Assembly: GCA_009914755.4 (NCBI GenBank)
Contig: CP086569.2
Span: 6,912,001 to 6,976,000, forward strand
Direction: 5' to 3'
DNA length: 64,000 nucleotides
Source of the DNA: the human T2T-CHM13v2.0 reference genome, Homo sapiens
Shown: piece after piece, positions 41,930 through 55,879 of the stretch
Layout: every line of letters begins with the position of its first letter
Position numbering within the stretch: position 1 is the first letter of the stretch
The notes under the pieces: generated by a model
What the model saw: only the letters and a program-made list of their open reading frames with translations
Databases searched by the model: none
What the model was told of the DNA's origin: nothing
Translations under genes and position numbers: made by a program

Positions 41930-42570
41930 TGAGTTTGACTATTTTAGATTCTGCGTTAGTCCATTCTCATGCTGCTAATAAAGACATACCTGAGACTGGT
42001 TAATTTATAAAGGAAAGAGGTTTAATGGACTCACAGTTCCACATGGCTGCAGAGGTTCTGACAGTCATGGCAGAAGGTAAAAGGAGGAGCAAAGTCACGT
42101 CTTACATGGCAGCAGGCAAGAAGAGAGCGTGAGCAGGGAAACTCCCATTTATTAAAACATCTGATCTCGTGAGACTTATTCACTATCAGGAGGACAACAT
42201 GGGAAAACCCACCCCCATGATTCAGTTACCTCCCACCTGGTCTCTCCCACAACACGTGGGGATTATGGGAGCCACACTTTAAGATTAGACTTGGGTGGGG
42301 ACACAGCCAAGCCATGTCAGATTCCTTGTATAAGTGAGATCATGCAATATTTAATATTTGTTTTTCTGTGCCTATCTTATTTCACTGAACATAATGGCCT
42401 CCAGTTCCATCCATGTTGCTGCAAATGCCAGAGTTTCCTTCTTTTTTTAGGGCTGAATGGTATTCCATCGTATATATGTACCATGTTTTCTTTATCCATT
42501 TGCCCTTGGACGGACACTGAGGTTGTTTCCACGTCTTGGCTGTTGTGATTAGTGCTGCCATAAACATGGG
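41930..42570 (-). mobile_element. L1P-type element fragment: 3' UTR (about 41930-42300) plus the ORF2 C-terminus (about 42300-42570), antisense to the gene
   Basis: gttagtccattctcatgctgctaataaagacatacctgagactggttaatttataaaggaaagaggtttaatggactcacagttccacatggctgcagagg...cccacaacacgtggggattatgggagccacactttaagattagacttgggtggggacacagccaagccatgtca is the reverse complement of the old L1P 3' UTR as I recall it. The minus-strand ORF 42382..42567 (MFMAALITTAKTWKQPQCPSKGKWIKKTWYIYTMEYHSALKK...) is an L1 ORF2 C-terminal motif. Confidence 0.7.
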
Positions 42571-42961
42571 AGTGCAGGTGTCTGGAAGATCCTAGTTCTC
42601 TTGGGTTTTGCAATCTAGCATAAAGCAGGCACAGGAGTATCAGCCAATGAATGGATAGGTAAATGGATCAATATTGATTAGTGAGTTTGCTCGTCAACAG
42701 ATGTTGGTTCCTCAGAAGGATAAACTTCCAAACCATCCTTTCTCTGAAAGTCAGTTTCTGAGAAGCCTCCTCTGCTGTTTGGGGTGGGTGTGATCACATA
42801 ATACGGGAGGGCAGTTTTGTTTTAGTTACTCATCTCTGTCTGCAGCTGTGAATGGGTTGTCTAAAAATATTGCTGAGAATTGACTTGCATGTCAGTAAGG
42901 GGCTGCTGACTCTGGGATCAAGGTAGATCAAAGACAATTTAGGGATACTCTAGAAATCCTG

Positions 42962-43200
42962 CATCAGTTGCAGTGGCTCATGCCTGTAGTCCCAGCACTT
43001 TGGGAGGCTGAAGCAGGAGGATCGCTTGAGCCTAGGAGTTCAAGCCTAGCCTGAGCAATGTAGTATAACCTCTTCTCTACAAAAAGTACAAAAATTAACC
43101 AGGTAGGCTGAGGCGGGAAGATTGCTTGAGCCCAGGAGGCAGAGGCTGCAGTGAGCTGTGATGGTGTCACTGTACTCCAGCTTGGGCGACAGAGTAAAGT
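42962..43200 (+). mobile_element. Alu (with an internal deletion)
   Basis: gcatcagttgcagtggctcatgcctgtagtcccagcactttgggaggctgaagcaggaggatcgcttgagcctaggagttcaagcc...ctccagcttgggcgacagagtaaag. Confidence 0.8.
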
Positions 43201-43289
43201 CATTCATTCCAGTAACTGAAGAACATTTATGCTACGTGAAGAATATTTCAATATGCATGTGAACACATGCATACCTTATAGGATCAATG

Positions 43290-43640
43290 TGTTACAGGAA
43301 GAGGAGGAGGATGAAGAGAAGAAGAGGAGGAGAAAGAAGGAGAAACAAGCAAAGCGTGTTTACATTGAAAAAGTGCTCCCAAGATACTATAGAGATTTTG
43401 ATTTTCTTTTATATCTCATTGACTGTTAGATTTCTTCATTTAGATGCACCCCAGTGGGAGGAAGAGGAGGGAGAAGAGGAGGAGATGGAGGAGGAGGAAG
43501 TGGAAAATAAAAGGAAATAGAGGAGGAGGAGGAGGTGAAAGAGAAGGAGGAGAAGATTGAGGAAGAGAAAAAAGAGAAGGCAGAGATGGAGGAGGAGGGG
43601 AAGGAAGAGAAGAAAGTGTTTGGATTGAAAATGTCCCAGC
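43290..43640 (+). repeat. Purine-rich (GAG/GAA/GGA)n tract organised as two copies of a ~300 bp unit
   Basis: Copy 1: gaagaggaggaggatgaagagaagaagaggaggagaaagaaggagaaacaagcaaagcgtgtttacattgaaaaagtgctcccaagatactatagagattttgattttcttttatatc. Copy 2: ggaggaagaggagggagaagaggaggagatggaggaggaggaagtgg...gaagagaagaaagtgtttggattgaaaatgtcccagcagaatacagtagagctgttggttttcttttgtatttg. Confidence 0.8.
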
Positions 43641-44259
43641 AGAATACAGTAGAGCTGTTGGTTTTCTTTTGTATTTGTAGTGGTTGCAGTTGTCTTTCTT
43701 TCTGTTTGTGGGTACCTATAGCACTTCATCGCAATCCACGGCAGATTGTAGAATATGGACTCCATGCTTTGAGCAAGTTAGTGTGTCTTAAGAAGAGAGC
43801 AGTGTTGAGGAGGTCTGCCTGTTTTATACCCTGTCTGGATTACTGATAAAACCAGAGAGCCTGAAGAGAAAAAGACATGTTACATAAATACATTTACTGT
43901 TACTCTAATGCTTCTATATCTGGGCCTGTGGGGCATATGTGGGTGTGCTCTCTGCAAAGACTGATCTGCAGAAATTATGGCCAGTTTGTCCCCAAATTGA
44001 AGAAGCAGATGGCTCTCTCTGTCTCCTTCTCTCTCGCTCTTTCTCTCTCTGCAATTTCTGTATTCAGTGGAAAATTCCAGGTGATCGCCTCTCACTAAAT
44101 GCCATCAGCCCACGTTCACCATGACACAAAGTCTCTGAAAGTTTCACTTGGGGTCTGTGTTTGCTGTCCTGGTGCAGCCCCCCACTGATTGCATGGCTGC
44201 GGTGGTTTTTCCCTTTGTCAGGAGACTTAATGACCTCTGTCGATTTCTTCTCTCTCCAG

Positions 44260-44428
44260 GCACTGGGACGTTCGGGCGGGTGCACCTGGTGAAGGAGAAG
44301 ACAGCCAAGCATTTCTTCGCCCTCAAGGTGATGAGCATTCCCGACGTCATCCGCCGGAAGCAGGAGCAGCACGTGCACAATGAGAAGTCTGTCCTGAAGG
44401 AAGTCAGCCACCCGTTCCTCATCAGGCT
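44260..44428 (+). CDS. PRKY: PRKY/PRKX coding exon 2 (kinase glycine-rich loop and beta3 Lys; phase 1 in, phase 2 out)
   Basis: Acceptor tctctccag|g at 44259. Translation (G)TGTFGRVHLVKEKTAKHFFALKVMSIPDVIRRKQEQHVHNEKSVLKEVSHPFLIR(L). Donor GTGAGT at 44429. GTGTFGRV is the GxGxxG loop and FALKVM holds the invariant Lys. The reading frame joins exon 1 with no stop. Confidence 0.9.
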
Positions 44429-44929
44429 GTGAGTCCCCTCCTGAGGCCTCTCCCGACGCACTCTCCCTAGACCCCTGTGTGTCTCTTCTTATAAGAAGCT
44501 GGGTGGGCCGAGACCATGGCCTGCGTGCAAAGCCTTAGGCCACAGCAGTCTCCACCTGTCAGGTCTTATCAGCCTCTGATCTTAGAGCTGGAATACCTCC
44601 AGGGCTCCTGACCTCCATGGCTGACCAGGTCCAAAAAGAAATGCTCTGTGTTCAGAAGTCCGTGCCCAAGGCCCCTTGCTCCTCTCCTGGGTGAGCGAAG
44701 TATCTCTGCCCGGAAAAGGATGCAGGAATCTTTGTCTCCTCACCTCCTTGGGTTCTGCATCTATAGCTCTCGGCAGAACTGGTTAAGTTGGTTTTTAAGG
44801 GACCACAGTCACGTGGACGGGGCTGGGCTTCAGGTTTCGTTGGGTTTCTGGTTGACTGTGGATGAGAGATACCCCGTTTAGATGCAGCCCACACACTTCC
44901 AGCTGATGGTACACAGCAGTCTTATGTCC

Positions 44930-45290
44930 TAGGGTAAGTGTGTTAGTCCATTCAGGCTGCTATAACAAAGGATCTTAGACTCGGTAATTTACAAATGACA
45001 GACATTTGCCTCATGGTTCTGGAGGCTGGAAAGTCCAAGATCAAGACACGGTGGATTCAGTATCTGGCGAGGACCCGCTTCCTGGTTCATAGATGGCACC
45101 TTTTCACTGTGTCCTCACATGGTGGAAGGGGTGAGGGATCTCTCTGGGGTCCCTTTTATAAGGGCACTCGTCCCATTCATGAGACTCCACCCTCATGACC
45201 TCCCAAAGGACACACCACCTAACACCATCACCTGTGGGTGAGGATCCAACATAGGGATTTGGGAGGACACAAGAAATTCAGGCCATTCCA
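44930..45290 (-). mobile_element. Old L1 3'-end fragment (same family as 20440-20725), 0.5 kb downstream of exon 2
   Basis: gtgttagtccattcaggctgctataacaaaggatcttagactcggtaatttacaaatgacagacatttgcctcatggttctggaggctggaaagtccaagatcaagacacg...ctcacatggtggaaggggtgagggatctctctggggtcccttttataagggcactcgtcccattcatgagactccaccctcatgacc. Confidence 0.55.
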
Positions 45291-45969
45291 GCAGGGTAAT
45301 TCCATTTCCACCCAGGTGCCTTAGATGAGGATGTCCTTCGTGTCTCTCTTTTCCCTCTATGGGTGCCTTTTATCCAATTCCCATGTCCTCTCGCCACCAT
45401 CTTGCTACTACGCCTCTCTTGTCCACCTCCCATCTTCTGCTTTATCTAGGTCCCATCTCTCTACCGTGATTTTCTGCACTGTACTTCCTCCTATCTGGTC
45501 TTTCCCTCCCACCCTTGCTCCCCTTGAAGACATCCTTCACCTTATAGCCTCATTGATCCTCCCCAAGTACCTCTGCAATGACCAGTCTCTCTCCAGTCAT
45601 CCTCAGGAAGCTCCTGAAGTATCCCATATAAAGCCCCAGGATGCAGCATCTTCCTATCAATATCCTCACAGACTGGCTTCCTGCCAGCACCTCCCTGTAG
45701 TAGAAGGTAGAAGGTGCTGTTTACACGCTCACTACGGGTCTTCTCCTAGGCCACTCCTCCTTGACAGGCCTCCTTCTTTGCCTTTATCATTGTCCTTCAC
45801 TTCCCCCACCTGAGAAACACACACTTGTTTTCCCTCATTCACCTGTAGTCCCCAGGACACAGGATGCCTCCCATCATGTTCTTGAAGCACCTCGTATGTA
45901 TTGGAACAAGTGCACCTGCCTTTTCTAGACCCAACATGGCCTGAGTTCTGAACAAAATCATATGCAGAG

Positions 45970-46128
45970 GATGGGCGCAGTGGCTCATACCCGTAATCCC
46001 AGCACTTTGGGAGGCCAAGGCAGGTGGATCACGTGAGGTCAGGAGTTAGAGACCAGCCTGGCCAACATGGCAAAACCCTGTCTGTACTAAAAATACAAAA
46101 ATTAGCTGGGCATGGTGGCATGTGCAGG
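45970..46128 (+). mobile_element. Alu (3'-truncated)
   Basis: gatgggcgcagtggctcatacccgtaatcccagcactttgggaggccaaggcaggtggatcacgtgaggtcaggagttagagaccagcctggccaacatggcaaaaccctgtctgtactaaaaatacaaaaattagctgggcatggtggcatgtgc. Confidence 0.85.
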
Positions 46129-46417
46129 AGAGCAGCGTAGAGGATGGGCTTACGGGTATTTTAAAATCTAAAATCCCGCAGAAGAATCGCATAGACATGG
46201 GAGTGGGTGGAGTGTGCAAGTGAGAGAATTCCTTAGGATAGAATTCTTGAGCTCCCACAAGTTAAAAAATAAAGAGGAGCTTGCAAAACAGAGCTTTAGT
46301 TAGATAATTCTCCTTTCTTCAAGCCAGGATAGTTCAACAGCTGTTTTCCTTAGCAGATAAGGTGGATTCCTGCAGGGACATGGATTCTGATTTTGATGTT
46401 CCTGCTTTCTTCTTTTT

Positions 46418-46705
46418 CGTTGGAGTCTCGCTCTGTCACCCTGGCTGGACTGCAGTGGCGCTATTTCGGTTCACTGCAACTGCTGCCTCCTGAGTTCAAA
46501 TGATTCTCCTACCTCAGCATCCCAAGTAGAGTAGCTGGGACTCCAGGTGCATGTCACCATGCCTAGCTAATTTTTGTATTTTTTGTAGAGACGGGGTTTT
46601 GCTGTGTTGGCCAGGCAGATCTTGAACTTGTGACTTCAAATTATCCACCCACCTCGGCCTCGCAGTGTGCTAGGATTACAGGCGTAAGCCACTGTGCCAA
46701 GCCTG
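46418..46705 (-). mobile_element. Alu
   Basis: ttcgttggagtctcgctctgtcaccctggctggactgcagtggcgctatttcgg...gtgtgctaggattacaggcgtaagccactgtgccaagcc. Confidence 0.9.
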
Positions 46706-46740
46706 CCTACTTTCAATTAAGGAACAAAGTCTTCTATATT

Positions 46741-48142
<1,402 letters not shown>

Positions 48143-48267
48143 AGGTCTTTTATATTTCTTAAATCTCATATAAAGCCCTAGAGACTTTAGATATTCTATC
48201 CAAAGTTATTTAAGTTGGTTTATTTTTATCTTTTTATATAAAAAAGTATATATATATTTCTTAATTT

Positions 48268-48437
<170 letters not shown>

Positions 48438-48494
48438 TAAAAAAAAAAGTATATATTTTTCACAACTTCTTTGGTGAAGGTAATGTTTTTGGTT

Positions 48495-48755
48495 TTTTCT
48501 ATAAACAGAGTCTTGCTATACTGCCGAGGCTGGGCTTTAACTTTAGGCCTCAAGCCATCCACTTGCCTTGGCCTTCCAGTGTACTGAGATTACAGGTATG
48601 TACCACCATACCTGCCTCATTTTAAAGTCTTTTATAAAAATGAGGTCTCACTTTGCTGCCAGGCCAGTTTCAAACTCCTGGGCTCAAATGATCTTCCCAC
48701 CTTGGCTTTCCAGCATGCTGAGATTACAGATGCGAGCCACTGTGCCTGGCCTATT
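48495..48755 (-). mobile_element. Alu-like element (two monomer-like halves, diverged)
   Basis: ctataaacagagtcttgctatactgccgaggctgggctttaactttaggcctcaagccatccacttgccttggccttccagtgtactgagattacaggtatgtaccaccatacctgcc...gaggtctcactttgctgccaggccagtttcaaactcctgggctcaaatgatcttcccaccttggctttccagcatgctgagattacagatgcgagccactgtgcctggcc. Confidence 0.7.
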
Positions 48756-49061
48756 TTTGTTTCTTAAGGAGTGAAATTTCTGTGCACCATGATAGCTTTC
48801 TGAGTGGAAAGTTTGGATGCTTCATGGGTTGTCCTTTGCCTGTACAGCTCACCGGCTCCTCCGAGTGCTGGTTACAGTCGAATGTGAGCTGTATGTCAGG
48901 TCTGCGTGGTGGTGTTGCCAAAAAGCATGAATTTTTCCTCATCATTTAAAGTCTACACGGAATTTAAGGCCACTTTCGATATTATTCTTGGGAGGATTTT
49001 ATTCAGTGTTTTGGGAAAACATGGCAGGAGCTCATTTCAGAATTATATGATTTGGGGATGA

Positions 49062-49395
<334 letters not shown>

Positions 49396-49631
49396 AAAAA
49401 AAAAAACCAGAGAAAAATAAATAAAATTATTCAATTTTGAAATAGTGCAGAAAACAAGGCAGGCTCTGAAGTCTGCAGCTCTTGTGAAATGTTTTGGATC
49501 TAGAGAAATGATTGTCAACAATGAGCCTTTAAAGACTTAAGGGTGATAACAATTTACAGGTGACTTTTAACAGTGATAGCAATTTACAGGTGACTTTTTC
49601 CAAAATTTACAGAAAACAAGTTTGCCACTTG

Positions 49632-49998
<367 letters not shown>

Positions 49999-50309
49999 TC
50001 AGTACCCTGCAGTGTTACGATAACCCACTATAGCATTTTGTGTTTTCTGTGCATGAATGCTTGAGAGACCATGTGGCTTTAAGAAGTGGATTAAAGTTGA
50101 TCCAGGGCATCCAGGCACTTGATGTTCCCTATATATAACACAGGAGAGAATGCTTGATCTGGCTAGCTCCGTGGATAAAACGCTGAAGGGTGTCCAGTGT
50201 ATCCCCATGGATAAGATGCTGGAGGGTGTCCAATGTTGCATGCTGAGGAGTATGTCTTAGAGGAGAATCCTAGATCCTCTGTGAGGAATTAATTTCATCC
50301 TCCCAGTTG

Positions 50310-50625
50310 TGCAGCTTCTCTTCTAAATGTAGGTTGCCTGGCTCAACATCTGCTTCCCTACTGGCAGTTTTAGGTCTTGGATTTCTTGATGAAAGTACAA
50401 AACAAGGACTTTCAAAGGAAGTGTCTTACAGTTACGGCTGGATGAGTTTCTGTGGTGGGGACGCCCTGCACACTGTAGGGTGTTGGGGAGTGTCCCTGGG
50501 CTCTGCTCAGCCTATGCCAGGGGCAGCAACCCCAGTTATGAAAACTAGAAATGTCTCCAGACATCACCAAGTATTCCTTGGGGGGAGGAAGGGCAAAGTT
50601 ATCTCCACTAGTGAACCACTGCGAT
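50310..50625 (+). mobile_element. hAT-like non-autonomous DNA-transposon copy (unit A) ending in the ...gaaccactg terminal motif
   Basis: ...ctggatgagtttctgtggtggggacgccctgcacactgtagggtgttggggagtgtccctgggctctgctcagcctatgccaggggcagcaaccccagttatgaaaactagaaatgtctccagacatcaccaagtattccttggggggaggaagggcaaagttatctccactagtgaaccactg resembles the CAGTGGTTCTCAACC...GGTTGAGAACCACTG-type MITE consensus (gacattttgg..ctgtcctgtgcattgtaggatgtttagcagcatccctggcctctacccactagatgccagtagcacc..gttgtgacaaccaaaaatgtctccagacattgccaaatgtcccctgg). Confidence 0.5.
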
Positions 50626-50629
50626 AGAC

Positions 50630-50880
50630 AGATAATCGACAGAGAGATGATACGTAGGTATATGTTGAGATGGATAGGTGATAAATAATAGATATTAAGA
50701 TAGACAGGTCTAAGTGATGGGTGATTGATAGGTGAATAGATGATGGGTAGCTAACATTAAGATAGATATTAAGATAGGTGATAGATAATAGATATTAATA
50801 CAGACAGATAGCTATAGATGATAGATATTGAGATACATATTGAGATGGATTTGTGATTGATAGATTGCAAATAGACAGAG
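50630..50880. repeat. Degenerate (GATA)/(GATG)/(GATT)n microsatellite block
   Basis: gatagacagataatcgacagagagatgatacgtaggtatatgttgagatggataggtgataaataatagatattaagatagacaggtctaagtgatgggtgattgataggtgaatagatgatgggtagc... Confidence 0.85.
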
Positions 50881-51289
50881 CTCTCACGTTATGGGAAAAC
50901 ATTGAGCTTGTTTTTCTTGCGTTTCTGGAAGCCGCATGGAGTGCTACTCATGACAGGAATCAAGTTGAACAGTGACTGTTTGGAGTTCAAAGTGCCATTT
51001 GAACAACATGGTAGGTTTGCAAATGGCATTATCAGCATGTGGTATTTGAACAGCTACAGGTTGTAAGTTTGAAAAGACACCAGGGAATTTATGTAGTGTA
51101 CATGAAAGACCACATTCTGTTCAGTGATAATTCCATTTCTCAAGGCCATCTCAGACTCTTACAAGAGCCAAATAACTAAGTGTTCAAGGTGCAGAAGAAA
51201 TCCAGCAAAGTCACTTTCCCAGAGGGAAAGTTTTGTGCTCCTCCCAGAGACCATGACCATGATGCATACAGGAATTTCTGACATTTGGA

Positions 51290-51560
51290 TCCAGAACAGG
51301 GTTTCTCAACCTGAGCACTGCTGACATCTGGGCGTGGGTGATTCTCTGTGGTGGGGCATCCTGTGTGCACTGTAGGGTGTTGAGCAATGTGCCTGGGCTC
51401 TACCCACCAGATGGCAGCAGGACTCTTCCCCAGTGGTGACAACCAGAAAGATCGAGACAACCAAAAAGTTCTCTAGATGTTGTCTGATATCACGTGGGAG
51501 ACTGGAGGGTGTGGGGGTAAAATTGTGTGTAGTTACAAACCAGTGCAACAGAGAGATGAA
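51290..51560 (+). mobile_element. hAT-like MITE copy (unit B, 5' part with the ...ttctcaacc... terminus)
   Basis: gggtttctcaacctgagcactgctgacatctgggcgtgggtgattctctgtggtggggcatcctgtgtgcactgtagggtgttgagcaatgtgcctgggctctacccaccagatggcagcaggactcttccccagtggtgacaaccagaaagatcgagacaaccaaaaagttctctagatgttgtctgatatcac. Confidence 0.55.
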
Positions 51561-51900
51561 AGGTGGATGGATGGATGGATGGATGATAGATAATTATTAT
51601 TCATAGATACATGGTTGATAAATGGATAGATGATATAGATAGATGATAGATTGATAAATGGATAAATGATATAAACAGATGGATGAATGGATGGATAGCT
51701 AAATATTCATAAATAGATATATGGTAGGTTGATAGATGAATAGATGATAAGGACTGATGATAGATTAATAGATAGATGATATAGACAGATGGATAGATAG
51801 GTGTTCATAAATACATACATGACTGATAGTTGGATAGTTTGTATAGATAGATGGTAAATTGATAGGTAGATGATGCAGACAGATGAATGGATGAATGGAT
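51560..51900. repeat. Degenerate (GATG)/(GATA)n microsatellite block, about 340 bp
   Basis: gatggatggatggatggatgatagataattattattcatagatacatggttgataaatggatagatgatatagatagatgatagattgataaatggataaatgatataaacagatggatgaatggatggatagc...cagatgaatggatgaatggatggatggacagg. Confidence 0.9.
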
Positions 51901-52011
51901 GGATGGACAGGCCCTAGAACCCAATGACTTGGCTTTGCCACTCACTAGTTGTTGCAGGCTTTCTCTGAACAAGGATGAGATACCACAGTCACTGGTCACT
52001 GTTTGCTACGT

Positions 52012-52322
52012 GGTAGTTTTTTTTTTTTTTTTTTTTTTTTTGAGACAGAGTCTCACTCTGTCGCCCAGGCTGGAGTGCGGTGATGCAATCTTGGCTTGTT
52101 GCAACCGCTGTCTCCAGGGTTCAAGTAATTCTCTTGCCTCAGCCTCCAGAGTAGCTGGGATTATTGGTGCTCACCACAGTGCACAGCTAATTTTGTATTT
52201 TTAGTAGAGACCAGGTTTCACCATGTTGGCCAGGCTGGTTTCGAACTCCTGACTCAAGTGATTCATCTGTCTGTGCCTCCCACAGTGCTGGGATTACAGA
52301 CATGAACCACCCCACCCGGCCC
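52012..52322 (-). mobile_element. Alu
   Basis: T-run, then gagacagagtctcactctgtcgcccaggctggagtgcggtgatgcaatc...gtgctgggattacagacatgaaccaccccacccggcc. Confidence 0.9.
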
Positions 52323-52341
52323 TCACGTAGTAGTTTCTTGA

Positions 52342-52666
<325 letters not shown>

Positions 52667-52849
52667 TACAGATACATTTTGCTACCTGCCATGAGGGAGA
52701 ATCTGTATTCAGTTTAGAATCATCGTCATCCTGGGGAGAGAATGTGCCTTAGCATGGCTGAGGCCAGGCTGCTGGTCCCTTCAGATGGTGCTTCCCGCTG
52801 TGCTGTCGTTCTAGGTGGCCCCGTTGCAATGCTGACTTGACTTGCACCA

Positions 52850-53165
52850 AGGCAGTACAGAATGGATGGGATTTGCTAAAGGTGCCCACCTGCCTCCACC
52901 TTTTGCTGGCAGTTCCAGGTGTTGGACTTTTTATTGATGAAGGTGTAAAGCAAGGATTTTCAGTGGAGGTACCTCACATTTACAGCTGGATGAGTCTCTA
53001 TGGTGGGGCCATCCTGCACACTGTAGGGTGTTGAACAGCATCCTTGGGCTCCCCCCAGCAGGGGCCAGGAGCAGCAACCCCAGTTCTGAAAACCGGAAAT
53101 GTTTCCAGATGTCACCAATGTTCCTTCCAGGAGGGAGGGCAAAGTTATCTCCACTAGTGAACCTC
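52850..53165 (+). mobile_element. hAT-like MITE copy (unit A', a paralogue of 50310-50625)
   Basis: ggtgttggactttttattgatgaaggtgtaaagcaaggattttcagtggaggtacctcacatttacagctggatgagtctctatggtggggccatcctgcacactgtagggtgttgaacagcatccttgggctccccccagcaggggccaggagcagcaaccccagttctgaaaaccggaaatgtttccagatgtcaccaatgttccttccaggagggagggcaaagttatctccactagtgaacc. Confidence 0.5.
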
Positions 53166-53169
53166 TATT

Positions 53170-53420
53170 ATACATGACCAACAGAGAGATGATAGATGGA
53201 TACTATAGTAGGTATATGTTGAGATGGATAGGTGGTAGATAATATATATTAATATAGAACTAAATGATAGGTGACGGATAGGTGAATAGATGATGGGTAG
53301 CTGATAGATGATAGCTATTAAGATAGGTGATAGACAATAGATACTAATATAGATAGCTATAGATGATAGATATTGAGATGGGTAGGTGATTGATAGATTG
53401 ATGACCGATTGCATATAGAC
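53170..53420. repeat. Degenerate (GATA)/(GATG)n microsatellite block (a paralogue of 50630-50880)
   Basis: gatagatggatactatagtaggtatatgttgagatggataggtggtagataatatatattaatatagaactaaatgataggtgacggataggtgaatagatgatgggtagctgatagatgatagctattaagataggtgatagacaatagatac... Confidence 0.85.
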
Positions 53421-53439
53421 AGAGCTCTCATGCTAAAAG

Positions 53440-53650
53440 AGAATTTCTCAACCACAGCAGTGCTGACACATGGGGCGGGATCATGGAGGACTCTCTGTGG
53501 TGGAAGCTCTATGTACTGTAGGGTGTTGAGCACCATCCCTGGGCTTCAGATGCCAGGAGCATCCATCCCATCTGTGACAACCAAAGATGTCTCTAGATTC
53601 TACCAGGTTTCCTCTGTGCGGACAAAAAGTTATCCCCAGTTCTGAACCAC
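53440..53650 (+). mobile_element. hAT-like MITE copy (unit B', a paralogue of 51290-51560)
   Basis: agaatttctcaaccacagcagtgctgacacatggggcgggatcatggaggactctctgtggtggaagctctatgtactgtagggtgttgagcaccatccctgggcttcagatgccaggagcatccatcccatctgtgacaaccaaagatgtctctagattctaccagg. Confidence 0.55.
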
Positions 53651-53800
53651 TGTGATAGATAGTTGATGGATGGATAGATATTGATAACTGAGACAGATAT
53701 TTGATAGGTGACAGATATTGAGGTAGATGATAGCTATAGGTGATTGATGATTGCTAGATATTGAGATAGGTGATTGTCCGAGACGGATACATTGCATTTT
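53650..53800. repeat. (GATA)/(GATG)n microsatellite block
   Basis: gatagatagttgatggatggatagatattgataactgagacagatatttgataggtgacagatattgaggtagatgatagctataggtgattgatgattgctagatattgagataggtgattg. Confidence 0.85.
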
Positions 53801-55065
53801 TAGTATTTAAGGGCAAAGCAGATGCTTCAAAAAGGGAGGCTTATTTTATTATCTATAATTTTCTTTTTTATTATTTTTTACTTTCATTCCCTTTTTCTAT
53901 GTATGAAAAGGGAGGTTTAAATTCTTGCAAGAGAATGCAATTGTAGTGTCTTCTGAATGGAGTTTTCCATTTGATGCCAAGCCTTCCAGTGCCTTGGTCT
54001 AAGGAGAACTGCATAGGGTGAGAAGAGTCCCAGCGATAACGTGGAAAAGGGGCCTTAACACCTCTGGAGGGCAAGAGGTAGGGGGTGAAGACGCAGTGGA
54101 CACCTAAGGAGAATTTTGCAGGAGGAGTAGGGGTTTATTGGCTGAAAGGGGTGGGTGGTGGAAAATCATTCTAGACAGGGAGTGACACGGAAGCAAGCCA
54201 TGGGTCACTACAGGGCAGGAGGGACATGGAGGAGAAACTCAAATCTGAGTTCAGCCAGGAGGTGGACACAGGAATGCAGTGAGCTCAGATGTGTAGGAGA
54301 CTGCCGTGGGGACTGGGGTATGAGGAAGGACTGGCTCTGGCTTGGCTGTGCATTTGGGCTGCTGGACAGTGAGGAGATCCAAGGAGAGAGAGTGCATTCC
54401 AATTTGGGAAACTTTGAGGGCAAAACATCTGCAGCAACTGTCTCAGAAGAGAGCCTGAGGCAGGGTCCTTGGAGGGAGGAAGCCACAGGTGGATGGAGCC
54501 ACCGAGGGCTGCTAGGTCACCTTGGTTAAGGGCTAGTTGCAGTGCAGCCAGGTCGGAAAGTAGAGCCGTTCTGGAGCCTCACGTGGCATAGATGTTGGAG
54601 GAGATGGGATGAGGATGGCTCATTTTCTTCTTCTCACCACAAAAGCCCAGCTTAATGGCAGGCTCTGGAGAGAGGAGGACCAACTTCTACGGTAAGGTGT
54701 CTCCAAATTAGTGAGGCTGATTTGCCTGTTCATAAAAACAAAAACAAAAGCAAAAAAATCCTTTAGAGGAGAAGCCATCCCCACAGACCCTGCAAATAAA
54801 AGACAGCAGATCAGCTTCGCAGATGGAAAAATGCTGCTTTCAGCTAAAGATGAGGACAGAGCTGCTCAGCTGAGGTCACTGGAGAGGAGGCGGAGGGGAC
54901 TTGGGAACCTCCCTTGTCTCAGTTGTTGTTGACGACATTGATCCTTTCTTCATGTTGACTTTTCCCCCCATTCATAGATTCATAGATTGCTCTCTATGCT
55001 GGAATACGTTCTTTAGGATTTGTTTATTTTGTTAACATATATCACATAAAATTTTGCTATTTTAA

Positions 55066-55490
<425 letters not shown>

Positions 55491-55879
55491 TCATTTTAAC
55501 CATTTTTAAAATGTACGGTTCATGACTCAGGAGGCTGAAGCAGGAGGACCATTTCAACCCACAAGGCAGAGGTTGCCATGAGCTGAGTTTGTGCCACTGC
55601 ACTCTATCCTGGGCAACAGAAAAAAAATATATAAGATGCACAGTTTAGTGACATGGAGCACATTCATGTTTCTATGCAACCGCCACCCCAACCCCATCCC
55701 CATCCGTTTCCAGAACTCCTTTTCATCTTCCCCAACTGAAACTCTGTCCTCATGAAACATGCCCTATTGCCCCTCCCTCCAGACCTGCCCAGGTAACCTC
55801 CCGCATACTCTCTGCTCTATGAATTTGGTGATTCTAGGAGCCTTATATAGGCAGAATCATACGGCATTTGTCCTTTTGT

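Noticed and set aside
45325-45813. 162 aa plus-strand ORF (Ser/Leu/Pro-rich) about 0.9 kb downstream of exon 2
   Set aside because: It is a low-complexity composition with no acceptor or donor signals in frame with exon 2. Exon 2 already ends at a strong GTGAGT donor followed by an in-frame TGA. I recognise no homology.
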